Source: Mobula hypostoma
Lineage: Eukaryota
Reading direction: 5' to 3'
NCBI RefSeq assembly: GCF_963921235.1
Contig: NC_086108.1
Location: forward strand, 106,022,001 to 106,086,000
DNA: 64,000 bases
This document shows, piece after piece, positions 1 to 10,870 of the stretch. A model generated the notes under the pieces. That model ran no database searches, had not been told where the DNA came from, and saw only the letters and a program-made list of their open reading frames with translations. Position numbers and translations under genes: made by a program. Position 1 is the stretch's first letter. Each line of letters begins with the position of its first letter.

Positions 1-87
1 AATATCTGTGTGCATGGACTGGAGTAGCACCGCAATCTCCTTGTCTTGAACAATGACAATAAAGTTCTGATCTATTCTATTTATACC

Positions 88-200
88 AAAGAGATTGTGC
101 AGATGCTAGAAATCCAGTGCAACACACACAAAACACTGGAAAGAACTTAGCAGATCAGACAGAATCTATGGAGAGGAATAAAGAGTCAACATTTCAGAAG
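88..200 (-). mobile_element. Penelope-like element terminal-repeat arm; partner arm at ~930-972
   Basis: Matches the recurrent unit 'tgcagatgctggaaatcc..gcaacacacacaaaa..ctggaggaactcagcaggtcaggcagcatctatggagaggaataaa' that also ends the Penelope relic at 38800-40020; inverted partner 'cctgctgagttcctccaacattttatgtgtgtt' follows the Rex1 insert. Confidence 0.65.
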
Positions 201-201
201 G

Positions 202-930
202 GTCAGAATCTGAATCAGAATCAGGTTTATTATCACCGACATGTGACGTGAAATTTGTTAACTTAGCAGCAGCAGTTCAATGCAATACATAATCCAGCAG
301 AGAAAAAATAATAATAAATAAACAAGTAAATCAATTACGTATATTGAATCAATTTTTTAAAAAGTGCGAAAACAGAAATACTGAATACTAAAAAAAAGTG
401 AGGTAGTGTCCAAAGATTCAATGTCCATTTAGGAATCGTTTGGCAGAGGGGAAGAAGCTGTTCCTGAATCACTGAGTGTGTGCCTTCAGGCTTCTGTACC
501 TCCTACCTGATGGTAACAGTGAGAAAAGGGCATGCGCTGGGTGCTGGAGGTCCTTAATAATGGATGCTGCCTTTCTGAGACACCGCTCCCTAAAGATGTC
601 CTGGGTGCTTTGTAGGCTAGTGTCCAAGATGGAGCTGACTAGATCTACAACCTTCTGTAGTTTCTTTTGGTCCTGTGTAGTAGCACCCCTATACCAGACA
701 GTGATGCAGCCTGTCAGAATGCTCTCCACGGTGCAACTATAGAAGTTTTAGAGTGTATTTGTTGACATGCCAAATCTCTTTCAAATTCTTAATGAAGTTT
801 AGCTGTTGACTTGCCCTCTTTATAACTACATCGATATATTGGGACCAGGTTAGATCCTCAGAGATCTTGAAACTGCTCACTCTCTCCACTTCTGATCCCT
901 CTATGAAGATTGGTGTGTGTTCCTTCATCT
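202..930 (-). mobile_element. Rex1/Babar-type LINE, 5'-truncated 3' fragment
   Basis: ORF 469-729 'ESILTGCITVWY...LQKVV...HPAHALFSLLPSGRRYRSLK' resembles the Rex1/Babar ORF C-terminus; 3' UTR ends in a (CTGATT)n tail at ~202-222. Confidence 0.75.
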
Positions 931-1349
931 CAGCTTGGCCTGCTGAGTTCCTCCAACATTTTATGTGTGTTACTATATTTTTATAAATTAATTTAAAGGG
1001 TGATCTGCATTTTTAGTTTATGTTATTTTAAATATTTTGTTAATTATTGCTTATATTATTGTGAATGAATGAGCAAAGATTTGATGGCAAACTTGGCAGC
1101 ACAACTGGAATAACACGCACAACAAATGCTGGGGGAGCTCAGCAGGTCAGTCAGCATCTATGAAGGAGAATAACTAGAATTCCAGATTCTGATGTATGTA
1201 ACACGTCTATGTAGGTCGAAACTTACTGTCAAATGCATCATTTGCATTAACATCCAGCACAGTCTGAGGATGTGCTGGGGGTAACTCACAGGTTTCGACA
1301 CACATTCCAGCTTCAACCATAAAAAATTATTTGTAGAAGCATCACAGGC

Positions 1350-1512
1350 ATATGGCAGAGCTTGACAGGTTCTTGATTAGTCAGGGGATCAAAGATTATG
1401 GGGAGAAGGCAGGAAAACGTGGTTGAGAGGGATAATAAATCAGCCATGATAGAATGGGGGATGGGTCTCAATGGACCAAATAGCCTAATTCTACTCCTAG
1501 ATCTTATGGTCA
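1350..1512 (+). mobile_element. CR1 LINE 3' end fragment
   Basis: 'gattatggggagaaggcagg...cagccatgat...ggaccaaatagcctaattctactcct..tcttatggtc' is similar to the 3' end of the CR1 at 19695. Confidence 0.7.
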
Positions 1513-1934
1513 TATTAGCACTTGCAAGCAAAACATAAATTAAGCATTACAATGACGCAGAATGATAGATCAAGGTGCTATTATCAAAGAATTTGATTGT
1601 CCTTCCATGAAATCCAACTCATGATCTGTCGTTCCAAGAACTTTTTATAGAAACAGTAAAGTCTTTAGAGATTGGTTTTGGTGCACTAAAAATATAGCAC
1701 AAGTTAAGTTGTTTTATAACTGGTTTTACAATCTTGGGGAGCTACAGGGAAAGAGCAATAAAAAAAAATTAAAACTACACGCCATCTGGGACTTCAGAAT
1801 GGGCTGTGCAAATGATTTTTGGCAATTTTCGCTGTCTTCTCTCTGAGCCAAGTTAAACTATTCTTGCTGGTGGAGATCCCCTCTGGATTCTATTTTCGTA
1901 TTGGTGTCGGGAATGGAAGGAGAAAGAGAAGCTG

Positions 1935-2405
1935 GATTAGAATCAGGTTTAATATCACTGCCATATGTTGTGAAATTTGTTTTTTGTAGAATTGCAAGAC
2001 ATAATAATAAAAGCTATAAATTGCGATAAGAAGTATAAATAAAGATAAATTAAGTAAGTAGTGCAAAAGGAGAGGAAATATAAATATTGAGGTAGTGTTG
2101 ATGAGTTCGTTGCCATTTCAGAAATCTGATGGTGGAGGGGAAGAAGCTGTTCCTAAAGTGTTTAGTGTGTACTTTCAAGCTCCTGTGCCTCCTCCCAGAT
2201 AGTAGCAATGAGAAGAGTGCATGTCCTGAGTGGTGGAGTTCCTTAATTACCGTTGCCCCCTTTTTTGAAGCATCATCTTTTGAAGTTATCCCTCGATGCT
2301 GGGGAGGCTAGTGCCCAAGATGGAGCCGGCTGCGTTTGCGACTTTCTACAACTTTTTCCAATCCTGTAGAAGTGGCCCCTCCATAGCAGTCGGTGATGTA
2401 ACCAG
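1935..2405 (-). mobile_element. Rex1/Babar-type LINE 3' fragment
   Basis: Similar to 202-930, including the tail and 'gggaagaagctgttcct' motif. Confidence 0.7.
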
Positions 2406-2411
2406 AAGGGG

Positions 2412-3840
2412 AGAGGGATTACTATGTCTGGTTGGTTGGCCAGTACTTGTTTTTCAGTCTATATTTGGAAGTCCCACAGGACCTGAGCTCTGTCATTTTA
2501 AACTACCTCTTGGGTGTTTCCCTTTTGGACTTGGGAGTGTCCAATCCATACTAAGCACAAATGTTTCTGTACACAATTCCTGCAGCTTGGTTGTGCTGTT
2601 CAGTATAGTCTGTCCCTGCCTGCATCTTACACCCTGCTGCTATGTGCTGGTGGTTTCAGCAGATACCTTGCACAGTCTGCATCTTTGGTCTTGTCTGGTG
2701 TGATAGACGCCTCTACTTTTGCCCTGTGCTCAGTGCCTTTTCTTGTGCAGCCATGATAGAAGTGTCTCTGTGCTGTCCCTCAGCTCTGCCATTTCCAGCC
2801 ATTGGTAGGACTTCCTTATGTCAGCCACCTCTGATATGTGGCAATGGTCCGTCCTGTGCAGTGGCTTGTCCTGCCATGGCCTCTGGTCCTCTGGTCCTCT
2901 GACTCTACGTCACCCACTTCTATTTCTATATGGCCTGCCTGCTCTCAGAGGTAATGTCCAAGTAGGTCATCCCTAGTGGCCATCTTCATGACATACTCAT
3001 GGATGTTTCTTATTTCTTCCAGGACTGTGGCCTTGACACTTCCAAGCCCTGTCCTCCATTATTCCGGCAGGTGTATAGTCACTTGGTGTTGGACTTCAGG
3101 TGGGACCCTTCATGTATTGTTAGAAGTTTCTGGGTCTTGATGTCAGCGGCTTCCAGTTCGTTCCTTGGCCAGCACGTTTTTTCGGCTGGGTAATCTGATG
3201 ACTGGTAGGGCGAATGTGTTGATGGTTCTGATTTTGTTCTTCCCATTCAGGTGCTTTTTAGGACCTGTCTCACTCTTTGGAGGTATCTGTATGTTGCAGT
3301 CTTCCTTGTGTTCTCATCGTGGCTTCCATGCACCTGCAGGATCTCCAGGTATTTGTAGCTGTCCTGTCTGTCTGGTATGTGGCCTTCAGGTAACTCAACT
3401 CCTTCCGTCTTTATGAGTTTGCCTCTTTTCACTGCCATCCGGCTGCACTTTTCCAGTCCAAATGACATCCTGATGTCTCTGCTGTACACTCTTGTCAGCT
3501 GGATTAGTGATTCAATATCTCTTTTATTTCTGGCATACATCTGGATGTCATCCATGTACAGGAGGTGGCTGATGGTCTCTCCACTCTTGAACCTGTACCC
3601 ATATCCATTCTCTGAGATAATCTGGCTGAGGGGGCTCAAGTCTATGCAGAACCCTGTGGGGGAAGTGCATCTCCCTGGTATATTCTACATCTGATGGTCA
3701 CTTGTGCTATTGGTTTTGAGTTAACTTCTAGCGTTGTTGTCCAACAGCCCATTGAGTTCTTGATGAAGGTCCTCAGTGTCTTGTTGACCTTGTACAGAGA
3801 CAGGTATTCCAGGATCCATGTATGCAGCATTGAGTCATTT
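2412..3840 (-). mobile_element. R4/Dong-clade non-LTR retrotransposon fragment (RT, zinc knuckle, start of restriction-like endonuclease), decayed
   Basis: Broken frames give 'IYQGDAL', 'ISHLLYMDD', 'MSFGLEKC', 'YKYL', then 'CRLCK..AET..AGCK', 'LWDFQI..LANQPDIV'; this is the RT plus CCHC plus REL order of the R4 clade. Confidence 0.75.
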
Positions 3841-3873
3841 GCTTGACTCAACAACCAGAAAAGCACACTATCT

Positions 3874-4175
3874 AAATTAAAGGCATTTGTTAGTCTTGCG
3901 AGACTATGGATCTGCGCCTGGAAAGTCTTCACTCTCCAGGGCGCAGGCCTGGGCAAGGTTATATGACCGGCAGTTGCCCATGCTGCAGGTCTCCCTTCTG
4001 CGAACACTGATGTTGTCCAAGGGCCGATGCAGCCTGACACCAGTGTCGTCGCAGAGCACTGTGTGATTAAGTGCCTTGCTCAAGGACACAACACGCTGCT
4101 TTAGCTGGGGCTCGAACTCACGACCTTCAGATCGCTAGTCGAAAGCCTTAACCACTTGGCCACGTGCCCACACAT
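3874..4175 (-). mobile_element. tRNA-derived SINE with CORE-like motif and RTE-derived 3' tail
   Basis: Minus strand: A box TGGCCAAGTGG, B box GTTCGAGCC, 'gtgtccttgagcaaggcacttaa'; tail matches RTE 48411-48458; flanked by direct repeat ACACTATCT (3865-3873, 4176-4184). Confidence 0.85.
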
Positions 4176-4181
4176 ACACTA

Positions 4182-4196
4182 TCTCTCTCTCTCTCG

Positions 4197-4252
<56 letters not shown>

Positions 4253-4264
4253 CACACACACACA
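4182..4264. repeat. Compound microsatellite (CT)n(TA)n(CA)n
   Basis: Directly visible. Confidence 0.95.
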
Positions 4265-4269
4265 GTATA

Positions 4270-4830
4270 TATTAATTAGGTAAATTAAATAAATAGCGCA
4301 AAAATAAAAAAATGTAGTGAGGTAATGTTCATGGGTTCAATGTCCATTCAGAAATTGGATAGCAGAGGGGAAGAAGCTGTTCCTGAATAATTGAGTGTGT
4401 CTTCAGGCTCCTGTAGCTCCCTCCTGATGGTAACAATGAGAACAAGGCATGACTTGGTTGATCGGGGTCCTTATGATGGTTGTTGCCTTTTTGAGGCATC
4501 GCTCGAAGATTATGAAGGATGGGGGAGGAGTAAGGAACACGAGCTGGCAGGTGATAGGTGAGACCAGCTGATGGGCAAGGTGGGATGGTGGGGGGGAGAG
4601 AGGCAGTAAGAAGCTAGAAGGTGATAGGTGAGACCAGGTGATGGAGAAGGTGAGTGGGTGAATGAGGGGAGAAAAAGTAAGAAGCTGAGAGGTGATAAAG
4701 AGATGAACAAGAAGGAATCTGATAGGTGAGGAGAGTGGACCATAGGAGAAAGGGAAGGGTGAGGGATCCCAAAAGGAGGTGAGGAAAAAGGAAGTGTAAG
4801 AGGGGAATGAGAATGGCAAATGGAAAGAGA
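4270..4830 (-). mobile_element. Rex1 3' fragment (~4270-4505) abutting a purine-rich Penelope 3' region fragment (~4510-4830)
   Basis: Similarity to 202-560 and to 38990-39240 ('ggcaggtgataggtgagacc', 'ggagagtggaccataggag'). Confidence 0.6.
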
Positions 4831-5239
4831 ACTCCTCCTTCCCTTTCCTGGTCAATGTTGGCTGACTTATTTCTTATCTTTCATTTTATTTGACAGGGTT
4901 GTGCATTGCAATGATCATGGAAGTTTCTACACAAAAAAAATCAACCTCTTCCTTTCTTTATTATCCACCAGCTCCCTAGATCCTGGAAAAGGGCTCCTGA
5001 CTTATGGTGGATTTAGTTTATTTTCCAATTATATCAGAAAGACCTTTCAAAGATCTGTGAAACTGCACCCATGATATTATAAGCTAAGCCTTGGGCATCA
5101 ATGGATTTCTGCATAGATCCTTCGTTTAAAATGTCTCCTTTATTCCAAATATATGAAGGAAAACACACCCCAGACAGGGATCTCACCACTGAGAGAACAG
5201 TCAGCTGTCGAGGTTTGAAGATGTTTAAAAGGCCAGGCA

Positions 5240-5425
5240 TATAAGACCATAAGACATGGGAACAGAATTCGGCCATTCGGCCCACTGAGTCCGATCTACC
5301 ATTCCATTATTATCCTCCTCAACCTTATTCTCCTGCCTTCTCCCTGTAGCCTTTCAAACCCTTAATATATGAGAATCTATCAGTCTCTGCTTTAAATATA
5401 CCCGGTGACTTAGCCTCCACAGAGA
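5240..5425 (-). mobile_element. CR1 3' end fragment
   Basis: 'ataagaccataagacatgggaacagaattcggccattcggccc' is similar to the CR1 tail at 19695-19750. Confidence 0.7.
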
Positions 5426-6414
5426 CCTGAGGCATTAAAGCACCTGGACGCTGGACACTATATCCTGACACTTGTGTTCATCTGAGCGGGTTTTGGCTTA
5501 CTGCTGAATTGTGTTCTTCCTACTTCACACACAGGAGGAGTAATGCAACTCCCACATCAGTTCCATGGCTACTAGTTTGATCTCATTAACTGCCAACATT
5601 TAAGGCTAAAGTGGGGGGGTGGAGAGCTGTTCCTAATGGGGCCCTCTTCCACAGCCAGTCCCAGGCCTGCGTAAACCAGAAGCACACAGCCAATTAGTGA
5701 TGTTGTTGATAGTGAGGAATACTGTCAGAGGTTACAACAGGACAAGGATAGGGTGCAGAGCTGAGCTGAGATATGTAACAACGTGAGCAACCCTGATCAG
5801 AAAAGATGACTCAGGTCTGAGACATCGGTGTTGAGGAAATGGTGGGAGGAGGAGTGAGGAAAGATGGTGCCAACAGATTCTGCAGACCCAGGCAACCTCT
5901 TCCAGTTCATCCCTGAAACAGCTTATTTCTCTTCTCTTGTGTCTTTCTTTTCTTTTCAAGCTGGTTGTGGTTCTGTCGGAGTTTGTGATCTACAGTTCAA
6001 GCTACAGTCCTTCGCAAGTGATGGGTTTCCAAGCAGACTGTGCGACCAGGCACTTCGCTATCTCCAGGAACGGCCTGGAAGATGCGTGCTCTTGGGGCTG
6101 GGGGGTGGGGGCTTCAGAAGTCGGGGAGCGGCCCCATGGGTAACCCAGTTCCTTGCTGATTCTGCCGACTGAAACATTGAGTCTGGAACACCGAAACAGC
6201 AGGCGGTGTGTTTGATAATCGCCAACTGCTGTCGGAGGGACGCCCCTGTACACGAGCAATCCCTCGCTCTCTCTCTTTCGATGGACAGTGAGAGCCTGTT
6301 GGCCCTTAAGGAAGGGTCTTGGCGAGGCGATGTGGAAGATTGTAACAATGAAACAGCGAATGGCTGGTCTCCACTCTTGCTGTTGCAGAAGTGATCTAGG
6401 AGAGACAGCCTGTC

Positions 6415-7200
6415 TGAGATCTTGAGATTCAGCTACAGATTGGCGAGTATGATGTTGTGGCCATCTTTGAGACTTGGCTGAAGGATGGCTGCCATTGGTA
6501 GCTGAACGTCCAAGGATATACAGTGTATGTGAAAGATAGGTTAGACAGCAGAGGAAGTGGTGTGGCCCTGTGTGTAAGAAATAATATTAAATCATTAAAA
6601 AGCGATGACGTAGGATCGGAAGGTGTAGATGCTTTATAGGTTGAGTTAAGAAATGGGAAGGGTAATAGGATCTTAATAGCAGTTGTATACAGGCCTTCAA
6701 ACAGCAGCTGGGATGTGGATTACAAATTACAGCAGGAGATAGAAAAGGTGTGTCAGAAGGGCAATGTCATGATAATTGCTGGGGATTTTAACATGAAAGT
6801 GGATTGGGAAAATCAGGTCAGTACTGGATCTCAAGAGAGAGAATTTGTAGAATGTCTAAGGGATGGCTTTTTAGAACAGCTTGTTGCTGAGCCCACTAGG
6901 GGATTGGCTGTGCTGGGTTGGTTGTTTTCGTAATGGTCCGGAGGTGATAAGAGAGCTTAAGGTTAAGGAACCCTTACGGATCAGTGATCACAATATGATC
7001 AACTTGAGAAGGAGAAACTAAAATCCAATGTGTCAGTATTTCAGTGGAATAAAGGAAATTACAATGGCATGAGAGGGGAACTGGCCAAAGTTGACACGAA
7101 AGGGACACTAGCAGGAAGGACAGCACAGCAGCAATGGCTGGAGTTTCTTCAAAAAATGAGGGAAGTGCAAGACAGATATACTTCTGCTCCTATATCTTAT
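6415..7200 (+). mobile_element. CR1 fragment: ORF2 APE endonuclease region joined directly to a CR1 tail
   Basis: Highly similar to the reverse complement of ~21760-22520 ('DYKLQQEIEKVCQKGNVMIIAGDFN'); ends in 'acttctgctcctatatcttat'. Confidence 0.85.
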
Positions 7201-7432
7201 TGATTATTGGAGACATGGAGGTGCTGGTTTGTGAGCTGTAGTTTTGATGGATAGTCAATCAAGGGCTCTTTGGGGCTTCTGCTGTGGCTTGCATGGTAGG
7301 AGAGTGGAGGGGGGCTGGCGCTTCTTCTTGTGCAGATGAGGAAGTGGGGGGGAATGGGGTTCAATGCTTTTGCCGCTGTTTGTGTGAGGAGGAGGGTGAG
7401 GAGAAGCTTTGGGGCCCTGGTGTTTCTATCAT

Positions 7433-7738
7433 TCAGAATCAGAATCAGAATCAGGTTTATTATCACCGGCATGTTAACTTAGCAGCAGCAGTTCAATGCA
7501 ATACATAATCCACACAGAAAGAAAAGAATAAATAAACAAGTAAATCAATTACATATATTGAATAGATTTTTAAAAACGTGCAAAAACAGAAATACTGAAT
7601 ACTAAAAAAAAAGTTGAGGTGGTGTCCAAAGATTCAATGTCCATTTAGGAATCAGATGGCAGAGGGGAAGAAGCTGTTCCTGAATCACTGAATGTGTGCC
7701 TTCAGGCTTCTGTATCTCCTACCTGATGGTAACAGTGA
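7433..7738 (-). mobile_element. Rex1/Babar 3' end, near-identical to ~202-520
   Basis: Direct similarity including the (CAGAAT)n tail. Confidence 0.8.
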
Positions 7739-7837
7739 GGTGGTTTCTTGTTTTGAGGATGTCTGTGAAGAGTACGAATTTCAGGTTGTGGCCACTGATA
7801 TTAAATGAACCTTTGAGAAGTAGATTCAGGCTTTCTG

Positions 7838-8399
7838 TACACTCAGTGGCTACCTCCTGTACCTAATAATTTGGCCACTGAGAGTATGTTTGTTGTCTTC
7901 TGCTGCTGTAGCCCATCCATTTCAAGGTTTTATGTATTGTGCATACAGAGATGCTTTTCTGCACACCACTGTAGTAACGTGTGGTTATTTCAGTTACTGT
8001 CACCTTCCTGTCAGCTTGAACCAATCTGACCATTCTCCTCTGATCTCTCTCTTTAATAAGGCATTTTCACCCACAGAACTTCCGCTCACTGGATTCTTTC
8101 TGTTTTTTCGCACAATTGTCTGTAAACTCTAAATACTGTTATTTTGAAAGTTCCAGGAGATCAGCAGTTTCCAAGATACTCAAACCACCCCATCTGGTAC
8201 CTACGATAAGTCCACGATGAAAGTCACTTAGACCAGATTTCCTCCCTATGCTGATGTTTGGTCGGAATGAAAAAAATGAACCTCTTGACCATGCCTGCAT
8301 GCTTTTATGCATTAAGCTGCTGCCATACAATTGGCTGATAAGATATTTGTATTAACAAGTGGGTGTACAGGTTTCCCAAAAAGATAGGCCACTGAGTGT
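7838..8399 (-). mobile_element. Tc1-like non-autonomous DNA transposon
   Basis: Ends 'acactcagtggc'/'ggccactgagtgt' are inverted; ORF 8139-8330 'GRKSGLSDFHRGLIVGTRWGGLSILETADLL' resembles a Tc1 N-terminal HTH. Confidence 0.8.
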
Positions 8400-9029
8400 G
8401 TGTTTCTGAGATTAACGCCAGCCTCCCTGAATGGATGAAAGAGTTTAGGTTCCAGATTTACATCGACGTAGAACATTTTTGCTGAATAAATAGGACTTGT
8501 ACTGGTATTACCCTCTCAATCTTCCAGATGGACAAAGCAACATGAATATGTTCTGTAATAAAATAAACAGAAGAACTTTAATTCACTGATTCTGTTTTGA
8601 TTGGATCATTGTGGCAAACAACACACTACTGCATAACTTAGTGATCAGCATTAATAAACACATTCTCTAATGTTTCCAGACCATATTTTCTGAGCATGTT
8701 TGGGGCAGAACAGTAGTATAGCAGATAGTTTTGACGTAACACATTTACACCAACCTAGAATCAGTCCAGAACTTCAGTGCTGTCTGTGTGGAGTTTGCAT
8801 GTTCCCTTTTTCATCGCATGGGTTGTCCTGTTGTTGATCTGATTCCCCCACCCCAACCCTACCACCATCACCACCATATCCCACAGGTATGTAGGTCGTT
8901 GGATTAAATTGTTCAAAGTAAATTTATCATCAAAGTACTCATAATTCACCACATACTACCCTGAAACTTATTTTTTTCAGGCATTCACAGTAAACCATAG
9001 AAATAGAACAGAATCAATGAAAAAACTTA

Positions 9030-9840
9030 GGAGGACGATGGCGCCTAATGGCAACTCCTTTGCTTGCATCTTTTGAAACCGCTCTATTTCTATCTTTAAT
9101 ATCTCTTTTTTACCCCTTTTCAGGGTTCTTTTGAAGTCCCTGACCTGAAATTACATGTTGATTTTGATTCTTTGCGGAAATGGGACCCACTCTCGGAGTC
9201 TGACGATCAGCCGCTTTTTGATATTGCCAAAGACGAGGCCTTGAAGACTAACGCACCTTCAGGGTGCCGGACTTTCGTGGCTCTGGAGGCAGACGGACTC
9301 GAGGTCGTTGCTGCGACCTGGTGCGTCGTGGGAGACAGAAAATCGAAAGCAGTGAGCTGGCTGCTGGCTGTATGCCCAGAGACATGAGATCTTTTGGCAC
9401 AGAGCACGGTAAAAGGGATGCAACAGAATTTTAACACCATAAATCTGTGAGTTGTTTTGTTACGTCTCCCCTCTCGCAGTGAAACGGGACACCTCTTTTT
9501 CCTTTATTAAGGACAGAGAGAGCTTGTGGTACGTCGAATTACTGGGTGAGTGAATAGTCTTTGGGGTACTGCAAGTCTGTGTCTTTATTGATGCTTTGCT
9601 GCACGTTTGAGTGCTCGGTGGGTGGTGCCGATGCTTTTTTGCTGGTGGGGGAAGGGGGGGTCATTGCTTTGCTGCTGTTTATGTGTGGGAGGAGGGAGAT
9701 GGGGGTGCTTTGGGGTTCTAATATTTAACTGTAATTCATTCTTTGGGACACTCTTCTGTTTTCATGGATGTTTGTGAAGAAAAAGAATTTCAGGATGTAT
9801 ATTGTATACATTTCTCTGACATTAAATGTACCTATTGAAA
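9030..9840 (+). mobile_element. Non-coding, non-autonomous retroposon with GATGGCG start and Rex1-like 3' tail
   Basis: Starts 'gacgatggcgcc', no credible ORF, ends 'gaatttcaggatgtatattgtatacatttctctgacattaaa'; interrupts a Rex1 3' UTR (~8910-9030 and ~9840-9960). Confidence 0.55.
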
Positions 9841-10034
9841 GCTATACAGAAACAAAGACTGACAACCAATGTGCAAAAGAAGACAAACTATGCAAAAATG
9901 AATAACTAAATAATACTGAGAAAATGAATTGTAGAGTCTTGAAAGTGAGTCAACAGGTGTGGAGTCAGATTAAAGCTTATTATCCTTGGTAGGCTGGTGG
10001 CAGCAGGCGCAGGTGGAGTCAAGCCTCATATGTG

Positions 10035-10283
10035 AGAGAGAAAATTACAAGGAAAACACTCAAAATGCAGGAGGAATTCAGGCAGCATCGATGGAGGGGA
10101 ATAAACAGTTGATGGTTCAGGCTGAAACACTTCATTAGGACTTCATTATGTGTCCTGGTGAAGGATCGTGGGCCAAAACAATGACCATTTATTCCCCTCC
10201 ATCAATGTTGCCTGACCTGCTGAGTTCCTTCAGCATTTTGTCTGTGTTGCTCAGGATTTCCAGAATCTGAAGAATCTCTTGTG
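10035..10283. mobile_element. Palindromic Penelope-derived unit (two inverted arms)
   Basis: ~10035-10142 is an imperfect reverse complement of ~10150-10260; each arm has a degenerate hammerhead-like core. Confidence 0.7.
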
Positions 10284-10609
10284 TCATAAGTTACAGGAAC
10301 TAACTGAAGGGAGAGATCCAATAGATGCGATTGCTCTGAGAGCTGCCAGACTCAATGATCCAGCGACTTTATGTATATTTATGTCACAGACATAGAAGTA
10401 AGGAGTTACACAGCACGTAACAGGCCTTTCAACCCATCTTATCCAAGTTATCTACCTGAGTGAGTCCTATTTGCCAGCATTAGGCCCATATTCCTCTGAA
10501 CCAGGGATTCTGAATCTTTTATATGCAATGGACCAATGTTCTGTAGACACCAGGTTGAGAATGCCCACTCTAAACCATTCCTATCGGTATTGCTAACAAA
10601 TGTTTCTAA

Positions 10610-10870
10610 AACACAGGAAATGCTGCAGATGCTTTACATCTTCAGCAACACCCACAAATGCTGGAGCCACTCATCAGATCAGACTGCATCTATGGATGGA
10701 ATAAACAGATGACGTGTCAGGTTGAGACATTTCATCAGGAAATTTTTCTCTTTTGGCTTCTTCCCCCTTCATTTCTAGTCCCGGTGAAGGGTCTTGGCCT
10801 GAGACGTTGACTGTTTATTGTTGTTTATGTATGCTGCCTGATTTACTGAGTTCCTCCAGCATTTTGAGTA
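10610..10870. mobile_element. Palindromic Penelope-derived unit
   Basis: Inverted arms ~10610-10742 and ~10770-10870 with hammerhead-like cores at 10706-10742 (-) and 10776-10813 (+). Confidence 0.7.

Larger units (their letters stand above)
5850..7815 (+). mobile_element. Putative non-coding, non-autonomous retroposon interrupted by CR1 and Rex1 pieces
   Basis: Start 'aagatggtgcc..gcaacctc..gaaacagcttatttct' and end 'ggatgtctgtgaagagtacgaatttcagg..attaaatgaacctttga' parallel the element at 9030-9840. Confidence 0.45.

Noticed and set aside
4095..4170. tRNA gene
   Set aside because: A and B boxes are present but continue into a SINE body with a TSD; same for ~45555-45630
4403..4855. 150-aa Ser/Pro/Leu/Phe-rich ORF
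   Set aside because: Translation of low-complexity pyrimidine-rich repeat sequence
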